Of a stretch of DNA of 64,000 nucleotides, positions 11,930-24,210 are shown one piece after another. Under the pieces are notes generated by a model, which saw only the letters and a program-made list of their open reading frames with translations, was not told the origin of the DNA and did not search any database. Where the stretch lies: the NCBI GenBank assembly GCA_951406725.2, contig OX597819.1:31434001-31498000 (forward strand), written 5' to 3'. A program made the translations under genes and the position numbers. The DNA is from Octopus vulgaris (Eukaryota). How positions within the stretch are numbered: the first letter of the stretch is position 1; every line of letters begins with the position of its first letter.

Positions 11930-12375
11930 CAGCAGATAAAATGGAGCAGGGGTAGTCCCGGAGGATGGCGAGGGAAATGCGCTGGAACAACCACTCTGGC
12001 TCACGGGCACTAGTATAGCTAGAGTGTGTGCCGCCCGGGCGGTGCTTCTGTTTGCCGCCCCCGAACCCCATAAAAACATATATTGCCTACAGCAACCTCA
12101 AAAGTGCCGCCCCTTTACAAGTTTCGCCGGGATGGGCCACTCGTACTTGCTGACAGCCATCTCCTCCCCGGTAGTGGTGAGCAGGGATATGGTTCGGGGA
12201 CCAAGAACGCCGGAGGTCTCCGCTGTCACAAGCTCGACTATAAACCTGTCAGATAGCAACCGATATCTTGGCAGTTTGCTTTTGTCAGCCTGACGAGCAG
12301 CGAAGCCTGGACTTGGTAGCCGAACACACCAAGTTGCCGCTGGAGAATGTGTCACTGCATGTGGCATTTCATGAC
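11930..12375 (-). mobile_element. CRE-like (RLE-encoding) non-LTR retrotransposon C-terminal fragment
   Basis: Frameshifted translation ATCSDTFS...PGFAARQADKSKLPRYRLLSDRFIVELVTAETSGVLGP...EPEWLFQRISLAILR matches the WDATCxDT...ETxG..G...LFQRISxAIQRGN C-terminus of CRE-clade elements. Confidence 0.75.
12009..12130 (+). mobile_element. Possible hAT-type MITE fragment inside the CRE-like relic
   Basis: GC-rich insert interrupting the frame; start (tagctagagtgtgtgccgcccgggcgg) and repeated gccgcccc motifs resemble hAT MITE subterminal repeats. Confidence 0.45.
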
Positions 12376-12407
12376 ATAATTATTGGTTTAGTCTGGTGGT
12401 AGGGATG

Positions 12408-12810
12408 TACTCTTTACTTGTTTCAGTCATTTGACTGCGGCCATGCTGGAGCACCGCCATTAGTCGAGCAAATCGACCCCGGGACTTATTCTTTGTAAGC
12501 CCAGTACTTATTCTATCGGTCTCTTTTGCCGAACCGCTAAGTGACGGGGACGTAAACACACCAGCATCGGTTGTCAAGCAATGCTAGGGGGACAAACACA
12601 GACACACAAACACACACATATATATATATATATACATACATATATACGACGGGCTTCTTTCAGTTTCCGTCTACCAAATCCACTCACAAGGCATTGGTCG
12701 GTCCGGGGCTATAGCAGAAGACACTTGCCCAAGATGCCACGCAGTGGGACTGAACCCGGAACCATGTGGTTGGTTAGCAAGCTACTTACCACACAGCCAC
12801 TCCTGCGCCT
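12408..12810 (-). mobile_element. SINE family B, young full-length copy
   Basis: Near-consensus, CpGs retained. Confidence 0.93.
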
Positions 12811-13290
12811 ATAATTTATTCTATAATTTATTCTATAAAGCGACTGTGTATATGATCTCAGCTCCTCTGAGATAAATAGAACTAACGTAGTGAACAACCA
12901 GGCAAGGAGGGATCATCAGACGAATGATGTCTGGGGAAGAAGGATTGGTTGTTGTGGTTAGTGGTTGCCTTGGGTTTGTGTGTCAGCCACCTTCAATAAT
13001 TTGCTAGCGTTGAGCAAAACAGGATTGTTTTCAGCAAAGTTCTCGATGATTACGATCACTGCTGAATGGCATAGGAGAGTGGATTTCTGTTACACCTGGT
13101 TCACGAAAGCCTTTGGTCATTAGAGAGAGAGTGGGGGGGAGTAGAGGAATATGGGAGGTACTCTGGGTTGCAGTGTTTGAGTTAATCGAAGGGACATTTT
13201 GAAGTCCAGTGATTTTGTTGGCTTGAAGAAACAAGAAAGGATTTTATATTTAGTGTGGATGTGTACATGGAAGGTGAGCTAGTTGAAGTG

Positions 13291-13429
<139 letters not shown>

Positions 13430-13544
13430 GTCTATTTAAGGGCATCAATACAGAAAAAAAAGGCACAAGGGAGTATACAAAGAGTAAACCACGTCTATAT
13501 ACGCACATACCCTATGCATATATATATATATGAACTTGTTTTAA

Positions 13545-14322
13545 CCATCACCCTTTAAATCTTAAGATCTTGTAGATATTCAGAGTCCTTGATATCTTAA
13601 TCATTTGTAGCGTATCAATTGAGGATTTGCGTTGTCTCTCCGAGATCCTAAGTTCAGCCATACCTTGTTCCAGACGGGTTGGTATGTATCCTGTTTGCTC
13701 CAATAATAATAGGTATGGAAGTGAAAGTGTATTTTGGGTACTGTATTTGCAAACTCCTTATCAAGTATGTATGTATGTATGTATGTCATTATTCAGTTTA
13801 TTTCAAGAATTCTTGCCAATAAAGAACCGGTTTCTAACCTAGATCCAAGGCTCCTTCATTGGAATTTCAACATCAACAACAGAGTCTTTTTGTATGTATG
13901 TATGTATGTATGTATGTATGTATGTATGTATGTATGTATGTATGTATGTATGTATGTATGTATGTATGTATGTATGCATGTATGTATGCATGTGCAGATT
14001 TGTATGTTTTATGTATGCATTCTCACGCATAGAGTTACATATCTAGACATACTCATATATATTTAAATGATAAACTTCTGGAAAGTTTTACAGATATTTA
14101 CAGTTCCAGTGATGGGTTTGGATCTGTAGTCTTCGAATTATCTTTCTCTTTTCTGGTTTTGTGAAAGCTAATTTCTCAAGATTCGTATTTAGGCAGTGTG
14201 TTACATATCTCAGCGCCCCAATAATTACAGGTATAAACCTGAACTTGTAATCTGGATAGAGTAACTGTAGATTTCTCAATAGTTCAGCATAGGTGTTCTC
14301 TTTTTCCCTGATCTTCAACTTT
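13545..14322 (-). mobile_element. Cluster of R4/Dong-clade non-LTR 3' fragments inside (TATG)n
   Basis: 14050-14322 encodes IKLKIREKENTYAELLRNLQLLYPDYKFRFIPVIIGAL...NLEKL...RRLQIQ..GTVNICK, the R4/Dong RLE C-terminus. 13545-13765 is a diverged paralogue; 13786-13890 is a 3'UTR-only copy. Confidence 0.85.
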
Positions 14323-14818
14323 ATGCATGCATGTATGTATGTATGTATGTATGCATGTATGTATGTATGTATGTATGTATGTATGTATGTATGTATGTAT
14401 GTATGCATGCATGTATGTATGTATGTATGTATGTATGTATGCATGCATGTATGTATGTATGTATGTATGTATGTATGTATGTATGTATGTATGTATGTAT
14501 GTATGTATGTATGTATGTATGTATGTATGTATGCATGTATGTATGTATGTATGTATGTATGTATGGGTGCGCGCGCGTGTGTGTGTATGTATGTATGTAT
14601 GTATGTATGTATGGGTGCGTGTGTGCGTGTATGTATGTATGTATGTATGTGTGCGCGTGTATGTATGTATGTATGTATGTATGGGTGCGTGTGTGTGTGT
14701 ATGTATGTATGTATGTATGTATGTATGGGTGCGTGTGTGTGTGTGTATGTATGTATGTATGTACGTATGTATGTATGTATGTATGGGTGCGCGTGTATGT
14801 ATGTATGTATGTATGTAT
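14323..14818. repeat. (TATG)n array with higher-order GGTGCG(TG)n units
   Basis: Seen directly. Confidence 0.97.
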
Positions 14819-15516
14819 TATACAAGCCATTATGAAAGATCCCTGATTCAATTTCTATGCAGTTAACCTGATCAGTTTAGTCGCTGCTATATTGTGGTTA
14901 TATTATACATGTATGGATTACAGAATGAAATAAGAACAAAAATCTTTTTAAAAAAAATTTACGCTGTTTTGTACGCATTTTGTTTTAAACAAAGAAACGT
15001 TGGTTTGAAACCACAGGAAATAATATTTTTTTGTTTCATTTATTAGAAAATTATCACGGATCGACTTGTTCACATTCAAACGACATATTTTATCGATCTA
15101 ATATATTAATTATTTCTTACGTTTTTCAGTGGTTGTATGCTGCTTTTGTTTATTCAAGTAACCATGTTTTAATCCATTTCCTGTACAAGACTCAACATGT
15201 GAGGCATTAGTAGTTTGCACATTTTAAATGTCATTATGCTACCCAATTGATAAAATCTGAAAACTTCGGCTATCTACGATTTCCAGCTGATGTCGATTCA
15301 TTCATTACAAGTCTTCTTCAACGGCAAAAAACAAAAACTGCTGAAACTTTAACAGTTCTCTTTCTGTGAATCTTCTAACAATTGGCTGAACATGTCTAAC
15401 GTCCGTAGAAGAGACGCCTAACACAATATGACCATCGTCATCGTCATTGATATTATTATTCTTTGTTAATTTTGTACAACTTATGAACGAAGTAATTAGT
15501 TCTCCATTCATGTTGT

Positions 15517-15901
15517 GGATGGAAGCACTCCGTCGGTTACGACGACGAGGGTACCGGTTGATCCGATCAACGGAACAGCCTGCTCGCGAAATTAACGTGT
15601 AAGTGGCTGAGCACTCCACAGACACGTGTACCCTTTACGTAGTTCTCGGGGATATTCAGCGTGACACAGAGAGTGACAAGGCCGGTCCTTTGAAATACAG
15701 GTACAACAGAAACAGGAAGTAAGAGTGAGAGAAAGTTGTGGTGAAAGAGTACAGCCGGGATCACCACCATCCCTGCCGGAGCCTCGTGGAACTTTAGGTG
15801 TTTTCGCTCAATAAACACTCGCAACGCCCGGTCTGGGAATCGAAACCGCGATCCTACGACCGCGAGTCCGCTGCCCTAACCACTGGGCCATTGCGCCTCC
15901 A
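15517..15901 (-). mobile_element. SINE family C variant with a different 3' half, with TSD
   Basis: Same tRNA head as 8317 but an unrelated tail; 12-bp TSD cattcatgttgt (15505-15516 and 15902-15913). Confidence 0.9.
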
Positions 15902-16109
15902 CATTCATGTTGTAATACTCTAGATCTACATCATATGTCGCATGTTCTTTACACTCATGTCGCATTTAATATTACTTTTTCATTGATATGGATGAGGGAA
16001 CCTGTATACCAGTGGTCCTCAACGTATGGACCCAGGTTTTTAAAATTTATGCTGTCTTTAAAATTTATCTGCGATAAATTGGTTATACTTCAACTATGTA
16101 TGTTCTCTG

Positions 16110-16271
16110 AGAAGTTGTCAACATGGCTGTGTTGTAAAAAACCTGCTTCCCAACTGCATGGTTCCAGCTTCAGTCCCACTGCGTGGCACCTTGGCAAAGT
16201 GTAGTCTACTATAACCTCGGTCTGACCAAAGCCTTGTGAGTGAATTTGGTAGACGGAAACTGAAAGAATTC

Positions 16272-16275
<4 letters not shown>
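16110..16275 (+). mobile_element. SINE family B, 5' half
   Basis: Head through ggaaactgaaagaa. Confidence 0.82.
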
Positions 16276-16341
<66 letters not shown>

Positions 16342-16343
<2 letters not shown>

Positions 16344-17690
16344 GTAAAATCACGTCGTACCAGTGCACCGTTGTACGAGTAATTTGCTGTAGGTGCCGCG
16401 GCTCGTGCGATTTTGTCTTGAAGTTCGAGTGGAAATCCACAGTACGAGCTAGTTTCATACAAGCGACCGCTAGTCGGCGCTGAGCTCGCACACGCTCTCC
16501 CAACAAGCGCAGTCTCCGCTCGCTCAGTTCACGTGTTTATCTCGCTGTGGGCAGCATAACTGTTGTGTTTTTTCCAGTGTTTTTGTTTAGTTTTGGGAAT
16601 TTTTTGCTATCATTTTGTAATAATTAGTTGTATTAGCCATGGGTCCTAAGAAAGTTAGTGCAAACGATAGTGTTGAGAAGAAGGAAAAGGTTATTACAAT
16701 AGAATTGAAGAAAGAAATCATTGATAAAAATGAGAGGAGTGCGTGTAGTGGGCGTAGCACGTCAATACGACCGAAGCACGTCGACGTTCTGCACTATCCC
16801 GAAGAAAAAGGACGAGATCAAGGCCATTACAACAGCAAAGAGTGTCTCCAGGCTCTCTAAGCAACGAACATCTGTCCACGAAAGGATGGTAAAAATGCTT
16901 CTCCTGTGGATCAGCGAGAAGTAACTCGCAGGGGATACGATCTGCGAGAAAGCACGAGCGTATATGGAATCTCCTGAAGCAGAACCCTGGAACATCGACG
17001 GAGGAGACATCAGCAGACGCATTTAAGGCCAGTTGTGACTGGTTCGATAATTTCAAGAAGAGGACTGGTGTTCATTGCGTCGTCAGGTATGGAGAGGTAG
17101 CGAGTTCTGACACTAAGGCAACTGAAGATTTCGTGCTTGAATGCCATCAGCTCATCGCAGCCGGAGGGTACATCGCACTTCAAGTAGTCATCTGTGACAA
17201 AACTGGCCAGTTTTGGGGGAAAAATGCTTAGAAGAACCTAAATAATTGCAGAGAAGAAAATTCCAGGCCACAAACCTATGAAAGATAGGCTAACTCTCAC
17301 CTTTTGTGCCAATGCAAGTGGGGACTAAACCGCTTCTTGTCTACCATTCTGAAAACACACGAGTGTTCAAGTCACACAAAATCGCGAAGGAGAAGCTGCA
17401 GATCATGTGGAGGGCAAACGTTAAAGCCTGGGTCATCAGGCAGTTCTTCTCCGAGTGGGTCAACCTTGTCTTCGGACCAGCAATGAAAAAGTACCTTCTG
17501 GAGAACAGTCTTCCTCCCAAGGCCCTTCTCATCCTTGACAGTGCTCCTGCTCACCCTACTAATCTCGAAGATGATATCTTGGACGAATTTAAATTTACAT
17601 AAGTTCTGTACCTTTCACGTAACACCACCCCTATCTTGCAGCGCATGGACCCTCAGGTGGTTTCTAATTTTTATTGTACACCAAACACCT
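16342..17690 (+). mobile_element. Tigger/pogo (TIGD1-like) DNA transposon, degenerate and 3'-truncated
   Basis: Starts cagta after a TA/CA array. Frameshifted transposase from 16639: MGPKK..ITIELKKEII (HTH), FKASCDWFDNFKKR, PGHKPMKDRLTL..ANASG, KPLLVYHSEN, WRANVKAWV, LLILDSAPAHP, NTTPILQRMD. Confidence 0.93.
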
Positions 17691-18062
17691 ATTATTGGCT
17701 GCCTTGAGTCATTTCTCTCATCACTATTCCTAGGAATTTATGGTCTCGACTCCTAGAATTCATAGAGTGGTTATCAGGTTTCTATGGCTTATGAGTAACC
17801 GAGATCACAACATTTCACAATATTCCACCTGTACGAGATACCAGCTTGTTTTTGTACTCGATCATTTCAAAGAACAAAAGAAAAAAAAAAGAAACATTAA
17901 GAACTTATTGAGTACGGAATTCAATATAACACCCTGACTTTATACCTAATACATATATTATTGACCGAACATACACAATGTATGTGTTTTGCTTATTCAC
18001 CGGTATGCTTCGCTTTAGCGCGGTAGAAATTACTCCTTCAAAGCACTAAGAGATGAAAATGG

Positions 18063-18116
<54 letters not shown>

Positions 18117-18120
<4 letters not shown>

Positions 18121-18334
18121 ATCCAAACATGAAAACACAAAGAGAAAACACAGCAACGCGAGGACGTGGAACAAGTATAGTATTATTGGACGCCCAGGAA
18201 AGAAGGAAAGAAGGAGGGTTTAACGTTTCGAGCAGAGCTCTTCATCAGAAACATAGGAAAAGGAAAGATCCAAAGAAGGGAAGACGGAGGAAAAAAAATC
18301 GCCAACGGTACACACGCGGTCACATTTTGAATGC
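18117..18334 (-). mobile_element. Short hammerhead-bearing element (Penelope pLTR/retrozyme-like) in (TA)n
   Basis: ~220-bp unique insert flanked by TA repeats, containing a hammerhead core. Confidence 0.7.
18218..18252 (-). ncRNA. Minimal type I hammerhead ribozyme motif (Penelope-type)
   Basis: 5'-GUUU CUGAUGA A GAGC UCU GCUC GAAAC GUU AAAC-3': stem I 4 bp, stem II 4 bp, palindromic AACGUU stem III, extra A after A9. Confidence 0.72.
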
Positions 18335-18656
18335 ATATATATATATCTTATTGTGAATACTTGTATGTACTCGTATTTTGCGTATGTTCATCTGACGGTA
18401 TGTATAGATATTTTCATTTATTTCGCTCAGTATGTTTTGCTGATGAACGAAGAGTTACCAAACTAATCTAGAAATTGATCAAGATAAAACTGTCTGAAAT
18501 ATTTTATGAATTTTTAGTGAGTCTAGTTTCCCGCTTTCAAATTGTGTAATATATGAATAGTGAACACTTGAGGTGGCAAGAAGTATTTGGCGTCTTCTTT
18601 CAGCATATAGGCAGGATAACTTCTGTGCTCTTAAGTATAATTGTACCCTATACAAT

Positions 18657-18714
<58 letters not shown>

Positions 18715-18732
18715 CATATATATATATATATA

Positions 18733-19028
18733 TGGTCCAGTGGTTAAGGCAGCGGACTCGCGGTCGTAGGATCGCGGTTTCGATTCCCAGACCGGGCGTT
18801 GTGAGTGTTTATTGAGCGAAAACACCTAAAGCTCCACGAGGCTCCGGCAGGGGGTGGTAGCGACACCTGTTGTATTCTTTCGCTCCAACTTTCTCTCACT
18901 CTTTCTTCTGTTGGCCTACTCGCTTAGCCAGCGGGGTGGCGTCATTTGAAGGCTAAAGCAATGCGAAGCGCATTGTGACCAGCGATGTGTAGCAAGATCT
19001 AATAACCTGGTCGGTCACGGTGTTCACG

Positions 19029-19032
<4 letters not shown>
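18733..19032 (+). mobile_element. SINE family C
   Basis: Near-identical to 8317-8621, flanked by (TA)n. Confidence 0.9.
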
Positions 19033-19089
<57 letters not shown>

Positions 19090-19090
19090 G

Positions 19091-19202
<112 letters not shown>

Positions 19203-19327
19203 TACTCGACGCGCTTCTAAATAGATTCTGACAACCACATTCATCTCATGAGGCATTGATCAATACGAAGCGACTGTAAAAGATATTTACTCAAAATATA
19301 CGGAAATTATTATCTACTAGTGTAGAC

Positions 19328-19391
<64 letters not shown>

Positions 19392-20009
19392 TAATAATAA
19401 TAATAATAATACTTATGCGACATAATTTCTGTAATAAATCAAATATTCCATTAATCCTGTGTAAGAATATATATATATATATATATATACACATACACAT
19501 ATACATACATATATGCATACATACATACATACATACACACACACGCACTCGCACACACACATATATGTAATTAGAAAATGATGTAATCTTTCTTATTGTT
19601 GTACTTAGATATACTTGGCTATATAACACTGACCACAGTAATCTGGATTTGTGCATTCGAATGAGTTAATCCAATCCAGAGATTTTGTGCCGTGAAATAT
19701 CGTAATGAAACAGAATAAAATGAAATATGAATGATTTGGTTGCAGAAATTGTTACACATAGGATTTTTTGTAATTTTACACACTACGATTCCATGGTTAT
19801 GGAATATTTAGAGAAGCAACATATATGGAATGCGTCCAAGATATTGATCAGATTTTCTGTATATGGTGCATGCTTCTCAGCTATTAAGTGGAGTTGTCAT
19901 GACAGCTAGCTAAATATCAAATATGTTTTGGCGTCTCTGTGTGTGTTAGTGTGTATGTATGTATGTGTGTCGAAGTGTGTGTCTGTGTGTATGTGTCACT
20001 GTGTGTGTC

Positions 20010-20066
<57 letters not shown>

Positions 20067-20584
20067 GGGATGTGATATCGCGGTATTTCCATAGACGGTA
20101 GGACAGTTTTCTAAACTGGTAATTGTTTTGTCTCTACGTATTTGTGATATCGTGTGATAGCGATATTTCAATAGACATCTGTTGGAGTGATCACTCAGAC
20201 AGGAGTGGCAAATTTTAATTGGATTCATTGCTTAGTGGATGATGGCTAACCTTCTGCAAAATTCCGAAATGGATGACAGATAAATTGTTTGTTTGATTTT
20301 GTGTGATGATGCTGATTGTAGGGTCGATGGTTTTCTATTCGTCTTGAGAAGAATATTTGTTACTTTACATACTACGATTCATAATGGAAGTTGCAGATGA
20401 AAGTTTTGATTTAGATCAAGACGCTATGAAGGAGAACTAATGATAGGATGATTAAACACAAATGATGCTCCTTTTGCTACATACTCTAAGATGATAGACA
20501 AATATGAACAGTATTTCGGGCTAGAACATAATCAAGTATAATTATCAAAATAAGAAGAAATCAACTCTGTCAGACAACCTCAAG

Positions 20585-21025
20585 AGGAATTTTTTCCGTG
20601 CAACAGTAGTGTTAGTCCTTATACATAGAGCAACACTCTAGTCGTTTACAAAAAGAAGTGGAATCCAAGCTAGATGAAACTAACACCCGAGTGTTAAGAG
20701 CAGTCTTACACATATCATGAATGACTCAGCCCTTCGAGAAACAGCTGTACGGAGATCTCCTGCCTGTTTTCACCATTATGAGAGAAAGGCGCTTGCGCTT
20801 TGCAGGACATTACTGGCCTGCTAAACAAGAGCTGGCGAGTGGCTTACTGTTATGCATGCCACAGCATGGCCATACAGGAGCAGATCATCCGAACACAACG
20901 TATGTAGATGAACTCACCGGAGACACTGGATGCCCCCTGAGATCTTCCTCAACTAATGCAGGACCGAGATGGGTGGCATGTACGGGTTAAAAATGTCCGA
21001 GCAAGCTCGACCAGATGAGGATGAT
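20585..21025 (+). mobile_element. RTE-clade LINE 3' fragment
   Basis: FFRATV...TRVLRAVL...QLYGDL...RERRLRFAGHYW...LLLCMPQHGH...TTYVDELTGDTG, ending in a gatgaggatgat tail. Confidence 0.82.
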
Positions 21026-21691
21026 GTGCTGGACTCTTTTGGCCAAAAGTCCTTAAAACCTCAGTTACGAGAAGAACGATTTGATATTTACTCTTTTTAC
21101 TTGTTTCAGTCATTTGACTGCGGCTATGCTGGGGCACCGCCTTTAGTCGACCAAATCGACGCCAGGACTTATTCTTTGTAAGCCTAGTAATTATTCTATC
21201 GGTCTCTTTATGCCGAACCGCTAAGTTACACACCAGCATCGGTTGTCAAGCGATATTGGGGGCAAACACACACACGCACGCACACACACACGCACACACA
21301 CGCACACACACACACACACACTGGATGCCCCCTGAGATTTTCCTCAACTAATGCAGGACCGAGATGGGTGGCATGTACGGGTTAAAGATGTCCGAGCAAG
21401 CTCGACCAGATGAGGATGATGTGCTGGACTCTTTTGGCCAAAAGTCCTTAAAACCTCAGTTACGAGAAGAACGATTTGATATTTACTCATTTTACTTGTT
21501 TCAGTCATTTGACTGCGGTTATGCTGGGGCACCGCCTTTAGTCGACCAAATCGACCCCAGGACTTATTCTTTGTAAGCCTAGTAATTATTCTATCGGTCT
21601 CTTTATGCCGAACCGCTAAGTTACACATCAGCATCGGTTGTCAAGCGATGTTGGGGGCAAACACACGCACGCACACACATACGCACACACA

Positions 21692-21712
<21 letters not shown>
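20923..21712 (+). repeat. 395-bp tandem duplication (RTE 3' end plus SINE B tail)
   Basis: 20926 and 21321 begin near-identical 395-bp-offset copies; the junction lies in a (CA)n tract. The SINE B (-) copy completes to ~21941. Confidence 0.93.
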
Positions 21713-21747
<35 letters not shown>

Positions 21748-22084
21748 CACACACACACACATACATATACATATATGCGACGTGCTTCTTTCAGTTTCTG
21801 TCTACCAAATCCACTCCCAAGGCTTTGGTCGTCCCAAGGCTATAGTAGAAGACACTTGCCCAAGATGCCACGCAGTGGGACTGAACCCGGAACCATGTGG
21901 CTGGTAAGCAAGCTACTTACCCATACAGCCACTCCTGCGTCTACTTGAGGAAAGGAAAAAATTTTTTCAACATTGATTTATCTAAGCGTTGAAGACCTCC
22001 AGGTATTTATTGTATAACTGAGAAGACAATCTTTATAATTGTGTATTGTGCATAATCCCATGAGGTTGTAAAGGAAACCATCTT

Positions 22085-22475
22085 GTTTTGTTCATCATCC
22101 TCTAAATCTTAACAAGCTCTCGCAGATTTTTATAATCCCAGATGTCGTGATCATTTGTAGTATATGAATTAAAGATTTGCGTTCTCAACCCAAAAACCCA
22201 AGTTCAGCCATACTTTACTCCAGACCGGTTGGCATGTATCCTGTTACTCCAATAATAATCGGTATGAAACTGAACGTGTGCCTTTGGTATTAGATTTGTA
22301 AACTCCTTATTAATGGTTCATAGATGGCCTCTTTCTCTGCTATTTTTCTAACCACATTGGTGTCCAGAGTGCTGCTGATTTCCACAACAGAACATAGTTT
22401 TTCCTTGTGGCACCACACAACAATATTTGACCTGTTGTGTTCTAACTGCGTGGCAGTTTTAAATTTTAAGTTCCG
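22085..22475 (-). mobile_element. R4/Dong-clade RLE domain fragment
   Basis: Minus translation LKLKTATQLEHNRSNIVVWCHKEKLCSVVEISSTLDTNVVRKIAEKEAIYEPLIRSLQI...FIPIIIGVTG, a degenerate RPDI..W motif. Confidence 0.8.
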
Positions 22476-22739
22476 CTTATATTAGTCATCGCCCTTGCTT
22501 TTATAGTTTCTTTTTTGTATGTTACCGTTCGGTCTACAGTCACTGTTTTTTTTTTTTTGTATTTATTCAATCCTTTATGTCCGCTAATGTATATCTCACC
22601 ACCAAAATGAACAACATTATCAATTAGGCGTCGAAATTGTGAGGAATTTTGGTCGATAACTGATGAAATATGAGCGTGTTCATGTCTTTGAATGTTTTTC
22701 CTGTTCCCTGTATGTTCCTTCGTCGTCTTCCCGTGTAAC

Positions 22740-22803
<64 letters not shown>

Positions 22804-22869
22804 TTTTTTCTTTTTACCTTCAAAAGAAAAGCTCTACCTTGTAATTTGTTCTATCTGTGTGCAGCCCTG

Positions 22870-22986
<117 letters not shown>

Positions 22987-22991
22987 CTCTG

Positions 22992-23081
<90 letters not shown>

Positions 23082-23099
23082 GTAAAGTTCATATAAATG

Positions 23100-23390
23100 T
23101 GAACTTTAGGTGAGGCAAAATATGTTTGTGACATAGTTTAACTTCTAAAGACAAACTCCCTGCACATATCACGGAGAAAAAAATTATCCCTTATGGTAAG
23201 AAGTGCATAAACAACATATCTGCCCAGTGCTCCCCACTTTCGGATTCCTCTCAGGGACATATCTGGCTCTTTAGCCTTCCTCAATGGGAAATAGCGAAGA
23301 GAGATAACTCTGGGTAGATTTAAAGGGCGTAGCTTTAACTAAATGGCTGAGTAGCGGTATTGGATCGCCTGGTGGGGATAAATATAACAA
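23100..23390 (+). repeat. Old dispersed repeat (homologous to ~39525-39815)
   Basis: Shared cggattcc...tagctcttt...caatgggaa.ta.cg.agagagataa...tggg.agatt.aag...t(g)gctgagt.gcg...gggataaatata. Confidence 0.65.
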
Positions 23391-23569
23391 CATCAACGGC
23401 AAGCAGTAATTAGAAATAATCGAACTTTAGGTTACTCAAAATAATGTCTGTGTCATAGTTTAACTTTTAAAGGGAAATCCACTGGCGTTACTTTGGAGAA
23501 AAAATTCTGTGGTGTAAAAGCACCAAAAGGGAATTTCCATCCACAGTAACTGCACTGACACTGCTATAT

Positions 23570-23918
23570 ATACGACGAGCTTCCGCAGAGTTTCTGTCTA
23601 CCAAATTCTTTCTCAAAGCATTGGTCGTCTGGGGCTATAGTAGAAGACACTTGCTCAAGTTGCCATGCAGTGAGACCGATTCCGAAACCTCGTGGCAGCG
23701 AAGAGATATTCTTACTTACACACCCATGTCTGGCAAATAAATAAATGAATATAGGCGCAGGAGTGGCTGTGTGGTAAGTAGCTTGCTAACCAACCACATG
23801 GTTCCGGGTTCAGTCCCACTGCGTGGCATCTTGGGCAAGTGTCTTCTGCTATAGCCCCGGGCCGACCAATGCCTTGTGAGTGGATTTGGTGGACGGAAAC
23901 TGAAAGAAGCCTGTCGTA

Positions 23919-23992
<74 letters not shown>

Positions 23993-24210
23993 TGTGTGTG
24001 TGTGTGTTTGTCCCCCTAGCATTGCTTGACAACCGATGCTGGTGTGTTTACGTCCCCGTCACTTAGCGGTTCGGCAAAAGAGACCGATGGAATAAGTACT
24101 GGGCTTACAAAAAAGAATAAGTCCCGGGGTCGAGTTGCTCGACTAAAGGCGGTGCTCCAGCATGGCCACAGTCAAATGACTGAAACAAGTAAAAGAGTAA
24201 AAGAGTAAAA
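23570..24210. mobile_element. Head-to-head SINE B pair (23570-23725 -, 23753-24210 +)
   Basis: A diverged minus copy followed by a young full plus copy with an internal (TA)n(TG)n. Confidence 0.88.

Noticed and set aside
12288-12310. CTGACGAGCAGCGAAG hammerhead candidate
   Set aside because: GAAG rather than GAAA, no flanking stems, and it lies within a coding relic.
12900-13290. Possible I/Nimb-type LINE remnants (also ~4040-4715)
   Set aside because: Translations are too degenerate to show a diagnostic motif.
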